Source: an uncultured Methanosarcinales archaeon (GTDB lineage: Archaea; Halobacteriota; Methanosarcinia; Methanotrichales; Methanotrichaceae). Taken from it: 64,000 bases of DNA. This document shows, piece after piece, positions 10,986 to 23,896 of this stretch. The DNA lies in assembly GCA_963843555.1 (NCBI GenBank), contig CAWJKV010000011.1, forward strand, positions 39,631-103,630. The letters run 5' to 3'. Within the stretch, counting starts at the first letter, position 1, and each line of letters opens with the position of its first letter. Made by a program: the position numbers and the translations under genes. A model generated the notes under the pieces. That model did not search any database. It was not told where the DNA came from and saw nothing but the letters and a program-made list of their open reading frames with translations.

Positions 10986-11189
10986 ATGGGAAGAAGAAAG
11001 ACGATCAAGCCAGCTGGGTCTGCAGCAGGATTGCGCAAGAGCGCCAGCGATTCTGAGACGGAGGATATCCTTCGGGATCCTGTCGTCATGAAGGTGCTTG
11101 AATCCGCAGACAGGCAATACGAAGAGGGAAAGGCTATACCCTTAAGTAAGCTCATGATTGATCTGGGGTTCGAAGAGGATGAGCTATAA
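10986..11189 (+). CDS. Probable RelB-like antitoxin
   Basis: Small acidic protein (ESADRQYEEGKAIPLSKL) overlapping the RelE-like gene. Confidence 0.7.
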   Translation: MGRRKTIKPAGSAAGLRKSASDSETEDILRDPVVMKVLESADRQYEEGKAIPLSKLMIDLGFEEDEL

Positions 11190-11463
11190 TGTTCTTCTCT
11201 CCGATGCCGTTAGCGATTACCTGAATTCACAAGATCGTGGCCGTCAGAAAGCTATTTTAAAGCACCTCTATGAAATGAGGAGTGACCCTTTCAAGGGCGA
11301 TGTGATCAGGCTCAAGCCGCCTCTCCAGAGGCTTTATCGCAAGAGAATCGGGAACGACCGGGTGCTATTCAGTATCCGGGGCGAGGACGTTTATTTGGAA
11401 TTGATGGGTGATCGCAGCTACGTGTATGAGCTGGCAAAGAGATTGGAACGAAATATTGGATGA
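11179..11463 (+). CDS. RelE/ParE-family toxin
   Basis: MSYNVLLS...GDVIRLK...LYRKRIGNDRVLF...GDRSYVY. Confidence 0.88.
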   Translation: MSYNVLLSDAVSDYLNSQDRGRQKAILKHLYEMRSDPFKGDVIRLKPPLQRLYRKRIGNDRVLFSIRGEDVYLELMGDRSYVYELAKRLERNIG

Positions 11464-11503
11464 AATGACGGCCCCTATTACAATTTGTCCGTAGATCCAA
11501 GCA

Positions 11504-12385
11504 TCGTGCGTGCTCTCGCATGGGCGCGCGTGCCCGCGTGGGCTTGCCGCCTGTGGGCCGGGAGGCCGGTCGGGCCTGGTATCAGGGGGGCTTGTCTCCG
11601 GGATTGGCGAGCTTTTGGGTGGGCTGGATTTTTGGAAACGAATGGCGGTTTGCTATTTTATTAGCTGAAAATTATAACCGAACAACTACCGATCACACCA
11701 CAGAGCCACAGAGCGCACAGAGGACGCACAGAGACTCTTGGGCGAAGTTTCGGGGCTGTCGTCTCCAGCTTGCGATTCATTGCGAACTGTGGGCTAGCCT
11801 CGCCCGGCAGCCCATCGACCGTGCTGCATCCTTGCCGGGGTCCACGGCTCGCGCTCCTGGGTCCGCCGCCCATGAGCCGAGCCGTCCGGGCCGCATCGTC
11901 GTCTGCCGGGCGGGCGCTCGTGCGTGCTCCCGCATGGGCGCGCGTGCCCGCGTGGGCTTGCTGCCTGGGGGGCCGGGAGGCCGGTCGGGCCTGATGTCAG
12001 GGGGGCTTGTCTCCGAAAGCGGCAGCTTTTCGGGCTGGATTTTTGGAAGCGATAATGTCTCACTTTACTATTCACTGAAAATTATGACATAACAATTACG
12101 GATCACCACAGAGACACAGAGCGCACAAAGGAAGCACAAAGACTCTTCGGCGAGGATCTTCCTGAACAGTCTCCATCTTTGCGATCCTTGCGGCTGTGGG
12201 CTAGCCTCGCACGGAAGCCCATCGGCGGTGCTGCATCCTTGCCTCGGGTTCCACGGCTCGCGCTCCTGGGTCCAATGCACGTGGGCCGGGTTGTCCGGGC
12301 AGTGTCGCCGTCTGCCGGTCGGCGCTCGTGCGTGCTCTCGCATGGGCGCGCGTGCCCGCGTGGGCTTGCCGCCTGGGGGCCGGAA
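11504..12385 (+). repeat. Copies 5-7 of GC-rich repeat, directly tandem (periods 414 and 408 bp)
   Basis: Cores at 11530, 11944 and 12352 with collinear intervening sequence; copy 7 is truncated at about 12385. Confidence 0.95.
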
Positions 12386-12532
12386 GGATGACAGGCAGGA
12401 GTACACCCAATTTCAGGGCTGGCTGTAAGGAGCCCTCGTTCGGTGCGACATGACCGAAGTGAAAGGCCAGTATTGGTGTATGTGTGAAAATCAAGATCAA
12501 TTGCTTGCAGATAACACTAGCGCAGCAAAGTC

Positions 12533-15500
12533 CTACTCTAAAGAATGCCGACAAATTGAAAATCTTACATCAGCCTTAATTTTTGAGATTTCGTCAGTAG
12601 GTCCTTCTATTAGATATCTATCCAAAAGAGATAGATCCCGACGGGTACCCTTCACTTTAAGGAATGCAGCAACAACCAGCAGGCCCCTCAAGCAGCAATT
12701 CAGTCCCAACCATTTCTCAATGATTATTTGAGCCCGAGGATCATGTCGCTTTTCAAATTTCTCAACCCAATGAGTAAAATGCCACATTAGGCTTTCTGAA
12801 TCCAAACTCAGATCTGCCGAAAATTTATCCAATTCTTTTAGCAGATCTTCATCGGTAGGGTAGAAGCGTATTCGCCATTCTTCAGTAAGCTTGTTGGAAA
12901 TGTACTCCTTGTTCTCATTCAGGAATTCCTATTCGTTGGCAGAATTCTGCTATATGCCATAGCGTATCGTCATCAAGATTATCGAAATATGGAACTAATC
13001 GTTCCAAGTGCTTCACTGTAAGGTATTGCTGTCTCCTTTCTTCGGAGAACCCAAAAAACCAATGAAGCTGTTTAAAGATTGGCACCTTGCCTGGACATCC
13101 GCGAATACTGGAATCTGCAAGTCTCAGGGTTTTTTCCGTACCAATGTACAGAGCCGCTTGGACAAATCTTGGAATGCATTTAAGATACTTCCAATATTTC
13201 TCCAGTAGCGTTTCTGCATCTTTAGAAGGTATCGTAGTCAAAATTCGTGAAAGATAATACGCTGTATTGTCAGAGGTTTCATCAGGAATTTTATTCTCTA
13301 ATGCCTCCATGTAATGTTCAGTAACGGCCATGATCTCATCACACCAAACATTGTGTGTAATGTGGAACATGTGCATATCACTTAACAAAAGAGATGCTAA
13401 TTGCTTTGTAACGCTCATATCACCAAGCTGCGCGCGTCTACGTATTGCCATTCGGTAAAGCGAAGATTCGGAAGCTATTTCTCTCAGGATGCCAAGTTGT
13501 TCTTGTTGAGCGTTATTGCTCCATATTCTAAACGCCTGATATCTCACCTGTCCATCAGCTTCAAGAGAATTCCATTGTTTTTTTAGCATTTCCATTGATG
13601 GTTGTGACAACATGCGGCCGGCAGGACGAGTTGGATTCCATGTATCTGATAAATACATTGCAAAAAAAGTCCCTTTTTCTTTAGCGGCAAACTGCACGAT
13701 GCATTCGATCGCTTCTGGTGTGTCGATGCGTTCAAGTATTATTGCAATTGGCCAGTACAAAGAATCACATGAGTTCTGCAAGCCAATAAAATAATTAATG
13801 GCTTCATTACTGATGCCTCGCGACATGGCAAAAGTAAGTTCCTCTGAAACCTGAATCCTTGGACTAGGCTCAAAATTAGATTTATCTTTATCAGATAAGC
13901 TTGCCAAATAGTTCATCATCGGCCCGAGAAGTTTATCCGCTCGATCAGTGCAACATCGGGATCCTGCCCAGATTGCATCTGCCAGGACGTATTCTTTATC
14001 GTTTGCGAGATTCCAGCAATCAATAATTTCTTTTTCCAATTCAACAAACCCTAAGAAACCAACTAAAGCCAAGGAGCCTTTGCGTTCCTTATCCGTAGAA
14101 CTAAGAGATGTTAATAATCCCCTTAGCTCATTCAATAGTTGTACTTTATGTCGCTTTTTGGCGTGTTCAATCATTTGATCTCGCAAATCAGAACCCGTAC
14201 TGATAGAAACCCGATTACAGTATTCTGCGCCACTTCTTGCACAGCCATTCCGCAAGCGAGATAAAAGAATTGGCCAATAATGAGGGAACTTTTCAGTTAT
14301 ATCAAGAACGGCAGTAGAATCCGTATCAATTAGACTCCAGCAGATTGAATTAACGACGGAATCCAGGACGACTCCTGTTACTAAATTCTTTTCTACCCAA
14401 ATATTAATTATATCTATGATTTTTCTATGGTAGTCCGTAGTGGGATTGCCGAGATTTTTGAGGGCTTCAAAAAGAACCAATGGGTGATTTTCCGCAAAAA
14501 CTTGAATAATGGTCTCAATTTGGGGTGATAATATAATAGCTTTGCCAATTATTTCGGCATAATAAGGTTCCTGCAATATCTCTAAATTTAAGAGAGGATC
14601 TTCGAGCATCGAAATCATTATATTTACTAGTAATGTCTCTCTGATACGGTCATGGCGGAAAGCTAGTCTATTTTCACGATCTGTTAATCGAATAAGCTTT
14701 TTATGTCGGATAAGTTCACGCATAACATTCAATGTTTCATGATCTTTCTCAAGCCAATATTGAATCTCTTCCCAAGAGGGATTAAATCGTCTTTCTCTTA
14801 ACATATGTGTGCATACACAGGAAAGAGCTTTTAGATATTCATTTGATAGATATCCCCTATCAGAAGCGACTTCTTTGATACATTGATCTATGAACCTTTC
14901 TACAACCCTATCTGTTATTTCGTTCAAGTCGTTTAAGCTAATCAGATTGGGGCCATTAGGTATTAGCTGACAAAATAGGCCTATTAATACAGGATCATTA
15001 CCCAATTTTGTGGCCAATGTTCGGTTTTCAGCACTGGTAAGGGATATCCCTGCAGCCGAAGTTGCTAGCCTAATAGCAATTAAGCCCTCTTCAGGTGTCA
15101 TGGAGCCCACGGAAACCGAGTGTATCCAAGAATTCGTTCTTTGATTACGATCCCAAACCTGAGTCCAAAGAGGACATATAATAAAATATGCTGAGGATGA
15201 ATCTCTTATATCATTTGGTGCATCTGATTGAGGAGGACGTGACCAATTGAGAAGTCTATCTATAATTTTCTTTGGTTCATCAATTCGATTTATATCATCA
15301 ACAACTAAAATGAACTTCGATCCTCCTCGAATAAATTGACGCATATACTTTTCTGAACCATTTGATAGATCCGGATGCAGATCTCGTAAAGTCTTATCAA
15401 CTACATTTTCAATAGATGTACAATTTTGAATAAGATCAGCCGGCACCCACAAACCGTATCCACCAGATTCGATATGATTTTTCAGTGCTGTATACGCAGC

Positions 15501-16211
15501 AACACTTTTGCCAAAACCAGAATCGCCAACAAGGACTTGAAATGTGCATCTATTATCGAAAATCCCTGCTCGGATAAAATCATCTATCGTTCGCGGTAGC
15601 CAGACCTTTGGATCGGACAATTGATTTTCTTTTCCGTAACGGGCTAGACTCTCTCTGCAAATGTAGCTCAATAATGACTCTGACAAAAGTTCAGCCTCAA
15701 CACCAAGATATTCACGTCGAAGCCAATGACCTTCCGGCTTATTGTCTAGGAAATCAGCCAGAAGAGATTGATCCCAAATGCGACAATTAAATTCAAGCTC
15801 TTTTGCTTTTTTTAAGGTATCGGACACTAATTTTACGTCGAGACGTTGATTTGTAGCAAGTATTACCGTGAAATCCGCTTCAGGATTTTTCTCCCTAATC
15901 TCATGTGCCAAATTATATGCTTTGATAAGATCTCCATTATCATTATTGAGCCATTTCGTTCTGAGTTTAGCTCTTTCTATCGTAGTAAATTGCAGAAATA
16001 AGAATCTGTCTGGTTTTATTCCAGGAACAAGACAAAATCCGTCTACTGGTGAGCGTATGGTCTCTCCCTGGGCATTAATACCGGTATGAATTGCCGCTGA
16101 GCAATCGTTGTCAGCACAACGCAGAATTGACATAGCCAAGCGTTCAAATTCTCCTCGATCGGTCATTCTTTCGAGAACTTCAACCGTACTCAATTGCTTA
16201 TTGACCCCCAA
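12533..16211 (-). CDS. Large STAND/NACHT-like P-loop NTPase with putative N-terminal nuclease-like domain and helical C-terminus; probable defence protein; one frameshift near 12915
   Basis: Walker A GDSGFGKS, Walker B ILVVDD and FRHDRIRE. Reading continues in another frame (NKEYISNKL...) into ORF 12533-12832. Visibly AT-rich. Confidence 0.7.
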
Positions 16212-16294
16212 TATTTTAGGATTGACTATGCGTTAAGAATATATAATTTATCACTGGCATGCAGATCTTTAGCTGTTTGATGGATGATACTTAA

Positions 16295-17827
<1,533 letters not shown>

Positions 17828-17829
17828 AA

Positions 17830-18189
17830 ATGAAAGAAGTCCTGGCCATCATCCAGATGAACAAGATGGAGGCAACGAAAGACGCTCTCGATGTCATCGG
17901 CATTCCCTCCATCACCGCCTACAAGGTCACCGGCCGGGGAAAGCAGAAGGGCCTCGTGATCCCTCACCCCTCAGAGCTTGCTGGAGTCGAATGAAAAGAG
18001 CATGAAGTACATTCCCAAGAGGATGATCTCGGTTATGGTGGAAGATGAGTTCGTTCCGGCTGTGGTGGCTGTGATCACCAAAGTGAACCGCACCGGAAAC
18101 TTTGGCGACGGCCGGATCTTCGTCTGTCCCGATGGAGGAGTCGGTCCGAATAAGAACCGGCGAGACGAGGGAGCGTGGCCATATCATGA
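17830..18189 (+). CDS. nifI2: PII-family nitrogenase regulator NifI2 (frameshifted)
   Basis: MKEVLAIIQMNKM, VTGRGKQKG, YIPKRMIS, TGNFGDGRIFV and VRIRTGE. Confidence 0.9.
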
Positions 18190-19798
18190 GCGGAGTCGAG
18201 AGAGAGCCGGTAACCATTGCCAGGAGCCGCCAGACGGTCGAAGGAATGCTGCAAGGCATTCCCAAAAAGACGAGCGAGATCAGAAGAAAGCACGTGGTCG
18301 TCAAGGACTCCTGCGAGATCGAGCAGAAGATCGAGGCCAACGACCGCAGCATCCCCGGCATCCTGACCAACCGCGGCTGCGCCTACGCCGGCTCCAAGGG
18401 AGTGGTCTTCGGGCCGATCAAGGATATCCTGCATATCACCCACGGCCCCATCGGCTGCGCCTACTTCACCTGGGGCAGCGCGCCGCAATCTCATGAAGCC
18501 GGAAGAGGGCAGGGACTGCTACTCCGGCTACTGCCTGAGCACGGACGTCAAGGAGACCGATATCGTCTTTGGAGCAGAGAAGAAGCTGGCGCAGGCCATC
18601 CGGGAGGCCTATGCCATCTTCAAGCCGGAATGCATCTCGGTCTTCTGCACCTGCCCCATCGGCCTCATCGGCGACGATATCGAATCGGTCTGCCGCAAAG
18701 CCGAGGAGGACCTCAAGATCAAGGTCATTCCCGTGCGCTGCGAAGGCTACCGGGGCGTCAGCCAATCGGCCGGCCACCACATCGCCTCCAATGCGCTGAT
18801 GGAGCATCTGGTGGGCACAGAGGAGCTGGAGAACCCCGGACCCTTCGACGTCAACGTCTTCGGCGAGTACAACATCGGCGGAGACTACTGGGTGGTCAAG
18901 GATCTGCTGGAGAGGGTCGGCTACCGCATCGTCAGCCCCTTCACAGGCGACGCCTCCTTCCACGATATCGCCAAAGCCCACCGGGCCAAGCTGAACATCC
19001 TGCTCTGCCACCGCTCCATCAACTACACCAACCGCATGATGGAGGAGAAGTACGGCATTCCCTGGCTGAAGGTCAACTACCTGGGCGTGGAGGACACCGT
19101 CAAAACCCTGCGGGATATGGCCGCCTTCTTCGACGATCCGGATCTGACCAAGAGAACAGAGGCTGTTATCGCCGAGGAGATGGCCAGGGTCCAGCCGGTC
19201 ATCGATATGTACAGGAAAAGGCTGGCGGGAAAGAGGGTCATGATCCTGGTCGGCGGCTCACGTGCTCACCACGTCAGGAACATGTTCGAGACCCTTGGGA
19301 TGGACGTGGTCGTGGCCGGCTACGAGTTCGCTCACCGGGACGACTACGAAGGGCAGAAAGGTCCTATCCAGCATCGTCCACACCGGACGCTCCAAGGTCC
19401 TGGAGGATATCCACTACGAGCGCGACCCGAACGTCGTTTCGCCCTACGACGATGCCGCCCTCCAGAAGAAGAAGGAGAAGATTCCGAGGCTCATGGATTA
19501 CGAGGGCCTGCTGCCCCATATGAAAGACGGCCAGGTCATGATCGACGACTACAGCCATCACGAGTGCGAGCGGCTGGTAAAGGATCTGGGAGTGGATCTC
19601 TTCTGCTCGGGAATCAAGGACAAGTACGTCTTCCAGAAGATGCACATTCCCTCCCGCCAGATGCACTCTTACGACTACAGCGGCCCTTACACCGGCTTTG
19701 AGGGCTTTGTACAGTTCGCCAAAGACATCGACATGTCCGTGAACAGCCCCACCTGGAAATTCATAAACCCACCCTGGAGGCAGATTAGCAATGCTTGA
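18186..19798 (+). CDS. nifD: Nitrogenase MoFe protein alpha subunit (frameshifted)
   Basis: RGCAYAG, HGPIGC, CPIGLIGDD, LCHRS (FeMoco Cys), YEFAHRDDY and QMHSYDY (FeMoco His). Carries the ~50-aa insertion of group II NifD. Confidence 0.95.
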
Positions 19799-21150
19799 TT
19801 ACACACCAAAAGAGATGGCGAAACGGGAGACGCTGGTCATAAACCCGGCCAAGATCTGCCAGCCCATCGGCGCCATCCTGGCCTACAAAGGCATCCACAA
19901 CTGCATGCCCATCACCCACGGCTCGCAGGGGTGCAGCTCATACCTGCGCATGGTGCTGGCCCGCCACTATCGCGAGCCTACGCTCGCTGCCACCTCCTCC
20001 TTCACCGAGGACTCCGTGGTCTTCGGAGGCAGAAACAACCTCAAGGAGGCGGTCAACAATGTCGTGAACATCTATCATCCCGATGTTCTGGCCATCAACA
20101 CCACCTGCTCCTCTGAGACCATAGGCGACGATGTCTCCTCCTTCATGGAAGAGATCAAAGAAGAGGAGTTCTTCGACCCCAATGTGCGCGTCGTTATTGC
20201 CAGCACCCCGAGCTACGTCGGCTCGCACATCACCGGCTACGACAATGCCGTCAAGGCCATCGCCCAGAGCTTTGCCCGCAAAGGCTAGCCCAATGGCAAA
20301 TTGAATGTCATACCCGGATTCGTGGACCCGGGAGACATTCGTGAGATCAAGAGGATCCTGGGCATCATGGGCGTTCGCCATATCATATTCCCTGATACCA
20401 CGGACGTCTTCGACGCGCCCCTGACACCCGAGTCCGGCGGCCTCTATCCGCCTGGAGGAACTACCATCCCGGATCTGATGGACGCCGGCAACTCCCGCGC
20501 CACCATTGCCCTGGGAAGGACCGCCGGAGCCTCGGGCGCCGTGGTCTTGAAAGGCAAGTTCAGCATCCCTGCCGTCATCGGCCCCATGCCCATAGGCATT
20601 CGCAATACCGATGCCTTTGTGATGAACGTCTCCAGCCTCATGGACGTCCCATTCCCGCAGGAGATGGAGTACGAGCGAGGCCGGCTGGTGGACATGATGA
20701 CCGATGCCCATCCCCACTTCCACGGCAAGAGCGTGGCCATCTTCGGAGATCCGGACACGGTCATCGGCCTGGTCAGCCTGGCTGTGGAGATGGGCATGAA
20801 TCCCGTCATATGCTCTCACCGGCACGCCGGACAAGAAGTTCGCCGAGGAGGTGCATAATGTCGCCCCGGACTGCGAGGCCATCATCGGCGACACCTTCCT
20901 CCTGCACCAGAAGATCAAGAACCATCCTGTGGATATGCTCATCGGCAACACCTTCGGCAAGCTGATCGCCAGAGCCGAGGACATACCTCTGGTGCGGGTG
21001 GGCTTCCCCATCACCGATCGGGCCAATCTGCATTACTTCCCCATCATCGGCTATGCCGGAACGGCACGCCTGGTGGAGATGATCGGCAACACCTTCCTGG
21101 AAAGACGGGACAGAGACTCGGACGACACTCACTTCGAGATGATCCTGTAG
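19791..21150 (+). CDS. nifK: Nitrogenase MoFe protein beta subunit (in-frame TAG at 20286 and a frameshift near 20815)
   Basis: INPAKICQPIGA, HGSQGC, TTCSSETIGDD, TPSYVGSH, ERGRLVD and VGFPITDR. Confidence 0.93.
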
Positions 21151-21165
21151 GAAAAGTGAACTACC

Positions 21166-22581
21166 ATGAGCGTGATCAAGATCTTCGAAGGCAGAGAGGG
21201 GCACATCCCCCAGAAAGCGCGGCTCGATCCCATGCCCCTCTCCTGCAGCAACGAGAGCCTGGCCGGAGCCGTCAGCCAGAGAGCCTGCGTCTACTCCGGA
21301 GCCAGGGTGGTGCTCAATCCCCTCACCGATGCTCTTCATCTGGTGCACGGGCCCATAGGCTGCGCCAGCTACACCTGGGACATCCGAGGCAGCTCTACCT
21401 CCGGCCCGGACCTCTACAGGAACAGCTTCTCTACGGACATGAAGGAGCTGGATGTGGTCTTCGGCGGCGAGAAGAAGCTGGCAACGGCCATACGGGAGCT
21501 GGCGGACAGGTATCATCCGCCGGCCATCTTCGTCTACTCCACCTGCATTGTGGGTATCATCGGAGACGACCTGAGAGCCGTCTGCCGCAGAGCGGCAGCA
21601 GGAGCTTGGGCATACCCGTCATACCTGTACAGTCGGAGGGCTTTCGAGGGAAACAAGAACGAGGGCTACAAAGCCGCCTGCAACGCCCTCTTCGAGCTGA
21701 TCGGAACGGAGGACTATTCAGCCCACGAGCCCCTACCATCAACCTGCTGGGAGAGTACAATGTGGCCGGAGACCTCTGGGCCATCAAGCCCCTCTTTGAG
21801 GAGATGGGAATCGAGGTGGTAGCTACGCTTGACCGGTGACGCCCGGGTAGAGGAGATCCAGAGAGTGCCATACAGCTCAGCTTGAATCTGGTGCAGTGCA
21901 GCGGCTCCATGACCTATCTTGCCAAGAAGATGGAGGAGAAGTACGGTATTCCATATCAGGCGCATCAGCTTCTTCGGCTGCGGGGACATGGCCTCAGCCT
22001 TGCGCACTGCTGCCGAGTTCTTCGGCGGCCGCTAGGATGATAGCGAAGGCAGAGGAGATAATCGACCGCGAGACGGCCCGGGTGATGCCCAGAATCGCAT
22101 ACCACCGCTCCAGGGTGCGGGAAAGAAGGCTGCCATCTACATGGGAGGCGCCGCCAAGGCCGTCTCTCTGGTCAGGGCCTTCGAGGAGCTGGGAATGGAG
22201 GTGGTGATCATAGGCACTCAGACCGGAGATCGAGACGACTATCAGAAGATAAGCTACATCGTAAAGGACGGCACGGTGATCATCGACGATGCCAATCCGC
22301 TGGAGCTCAGAGAGCTGCTGCTCAAGCAGAAAGCAGATCTGCTGGTGGCAGGAGTGAAAGAGAGGTTCCTGGCCTACAAGCTGGGAATCGCCTTCTGTGA
22401 CTTCAATCACGACCGGACCACGAGCTTCGAGGGCTACGACGGAATGGTCAACTTCGCCAGAGAGGTCGGATGTCAGCCTCAACAGTCCGGTCTGGAAGCT
22501 GCCCATGCATAGATCAAGCCTCTTGGAGTCCGGAGGTCGGCAATCGAGAGTCCATCGAGAATGTAGCAAACGGAGGTGTGA
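21166..22581 (+). CDS. nifE: FeMo-cofactor scaffold NifE (multiple frameshifts; end approximate)
   Basis: AGAVSQRACVYSGAR, HGPIGCASYTWDIRGS, GEYNVAGD and DFNHDR. Confidence 0.92.
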
Positions 22582-23896
22582 ATGCCAATGTCTGAGAGCT
22601 TTTCCACAGTTAACCCCTGCACCATGTGCATGCCCATGGGCAGCGTACTGGTCTTCCGGGGAATCGAAGGCTGCATGCCTCTCTTCCACGGCTCTCAGGG
22701 ATGCAGCACCTACATGCGCCTGTACCTGGCCCATCACTTCCGGGAGCCGGTGGATATCGCCTCCTCGGCCCTGAGCGAGAAGGGGACGGTCTACGGAGGA
22801 GCTGCCAATCTCAAGCAGGGGCTGAAGAATGTGATCACCGGCTACAGCCCCAAAGGCCATCGGCATAGCCACCACCTGTCTGGCTGAGACCATCGGGGAT
22901 GATATAGTGCAGATCATCAGGGAGTTCCGGACAGAGGAGGCATCGGCTCCAGTCTACCATCATCCCCGTCTCGACGCCCAGCTACGCCGCGTCTCATGAG
23001 GAGGGATACAGAGTCGCTTCAAGGCGCTGGTTCAGGCCCTGGCCAGGAGGACCGAGCCCAGCGACGGGTCAACCTGGTGATGGGCTCGGTGATCTCGCCG
23101 GCGGATGTTCGCTACCTCAAGGATATGCTGGAGGACTGGGGATTGCAGACGAGTTCATCCTGCTTCCGGATATATCCGAGACCTTGGATGCTCCCTCAGT
23201 GGAAGATCCGCCCGGCATCCCTGAGGGGGGAACGCCCCTGCGTGATGTGATCGACACTGCCAACTCCCGCCATACGTTGACAATAGGCGGGCGGTTTCAG
23301 AAGTGCCTCGGCCGGGGAACTACCTGGAGAGAGAGTTCGGGGTGCCGCATACTACGATGCCCCTGCCCATCGGCCTTGCAGACACCGACCTCTTTGTCTC
23401 CAGGATGGAGGAGCTGACGGGCATTGGCCTTGCCCGGAAAGTATGAGACAGGAGAGGGGCAGGCTGCTGGATACCCTGGCGGATGTTCACAAGTATCTGG
23501 CTGGTGTCAAGAGTGGCGGTCTATGGAGATTCGGATATGCGTCTGGGATTGACTCGTATCCTCTGTGAAGCGGGAGCCATGAGCCGCCGATTGTGGCCAC
23601 GGGCTCATGCAGCTCCCGCTTTGAGGCGGAGGTAAGGGCGGCGTCTGAGGATCCACGGATTCTCCTGGGCGCTGACTTCACCCAGATCCACAGCGAGGTA
23701 AGAAAAGGGAAATCGATCTGATGGTGGGCCCCTTCACTGGCAGCCAGATATCCAGAAAAGAGGGAATACCGCTCTTGCGGGTGGGTCTTCCCAACCACGA
23801 TCGGGTGGCCGACTCACCAGCTCCTCCTGGGATACGAGGGAGCGGCATTGGTGGAAGGAATGGCCAATGCGTTGCTGGATGTAAGGGATGGCATGA
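22582..23896 (+). CDS. nifN: FeMo-cofactor scaffold NifN (multiple frameshifts; end approximate)
   Basis: VNPCTMCMPMG, HGSQGCSTYMR, HFREPVDIASS and RVGLPNHDR. Confidence 0.88.

Noticed and set aside
10602..11117. 272-aa extended nucleotidyltransferase ORF
   Set aside because: The extension reads through repeat copy 4 and antisense to the RelB-like gene; the real start is at 10601.
11698..12044. SRP RNA, RNase P RNA or tRNA identity for the repeat
   Set aside because: No GAGGAAAGUCC, SRP helix-8 or T-loop motifs were seen, and those RNAs are not normally present as diverged tandem copies.
7195..12385. CRISPR array or classical integron
   Set aside because: The unit is about 410 bp with gene-sized inserts and no cas genes. 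I found no convincing RYYYAAC...GTTRRRY attC pairs, cassettes are in both orientations, and there is no intI in the window.
7100..12554. Many short Arg/Gly/Ala/Pro-rich ORFs over the GC-rich repeats (e.g. MGARARVGLPP...)
   Set aside because: Indels between copies shift frames, ORFs occur on both strands, and starts and stops are inconsistent; they are by-products of high GC.
18186..21150. Alternative (V/Fe) nitrogenase or Nif-like CfbCD
   Set aside because: There is no G subunit between D and K, the motifs are Mo-type, and nifEN and modABC are adjacent.
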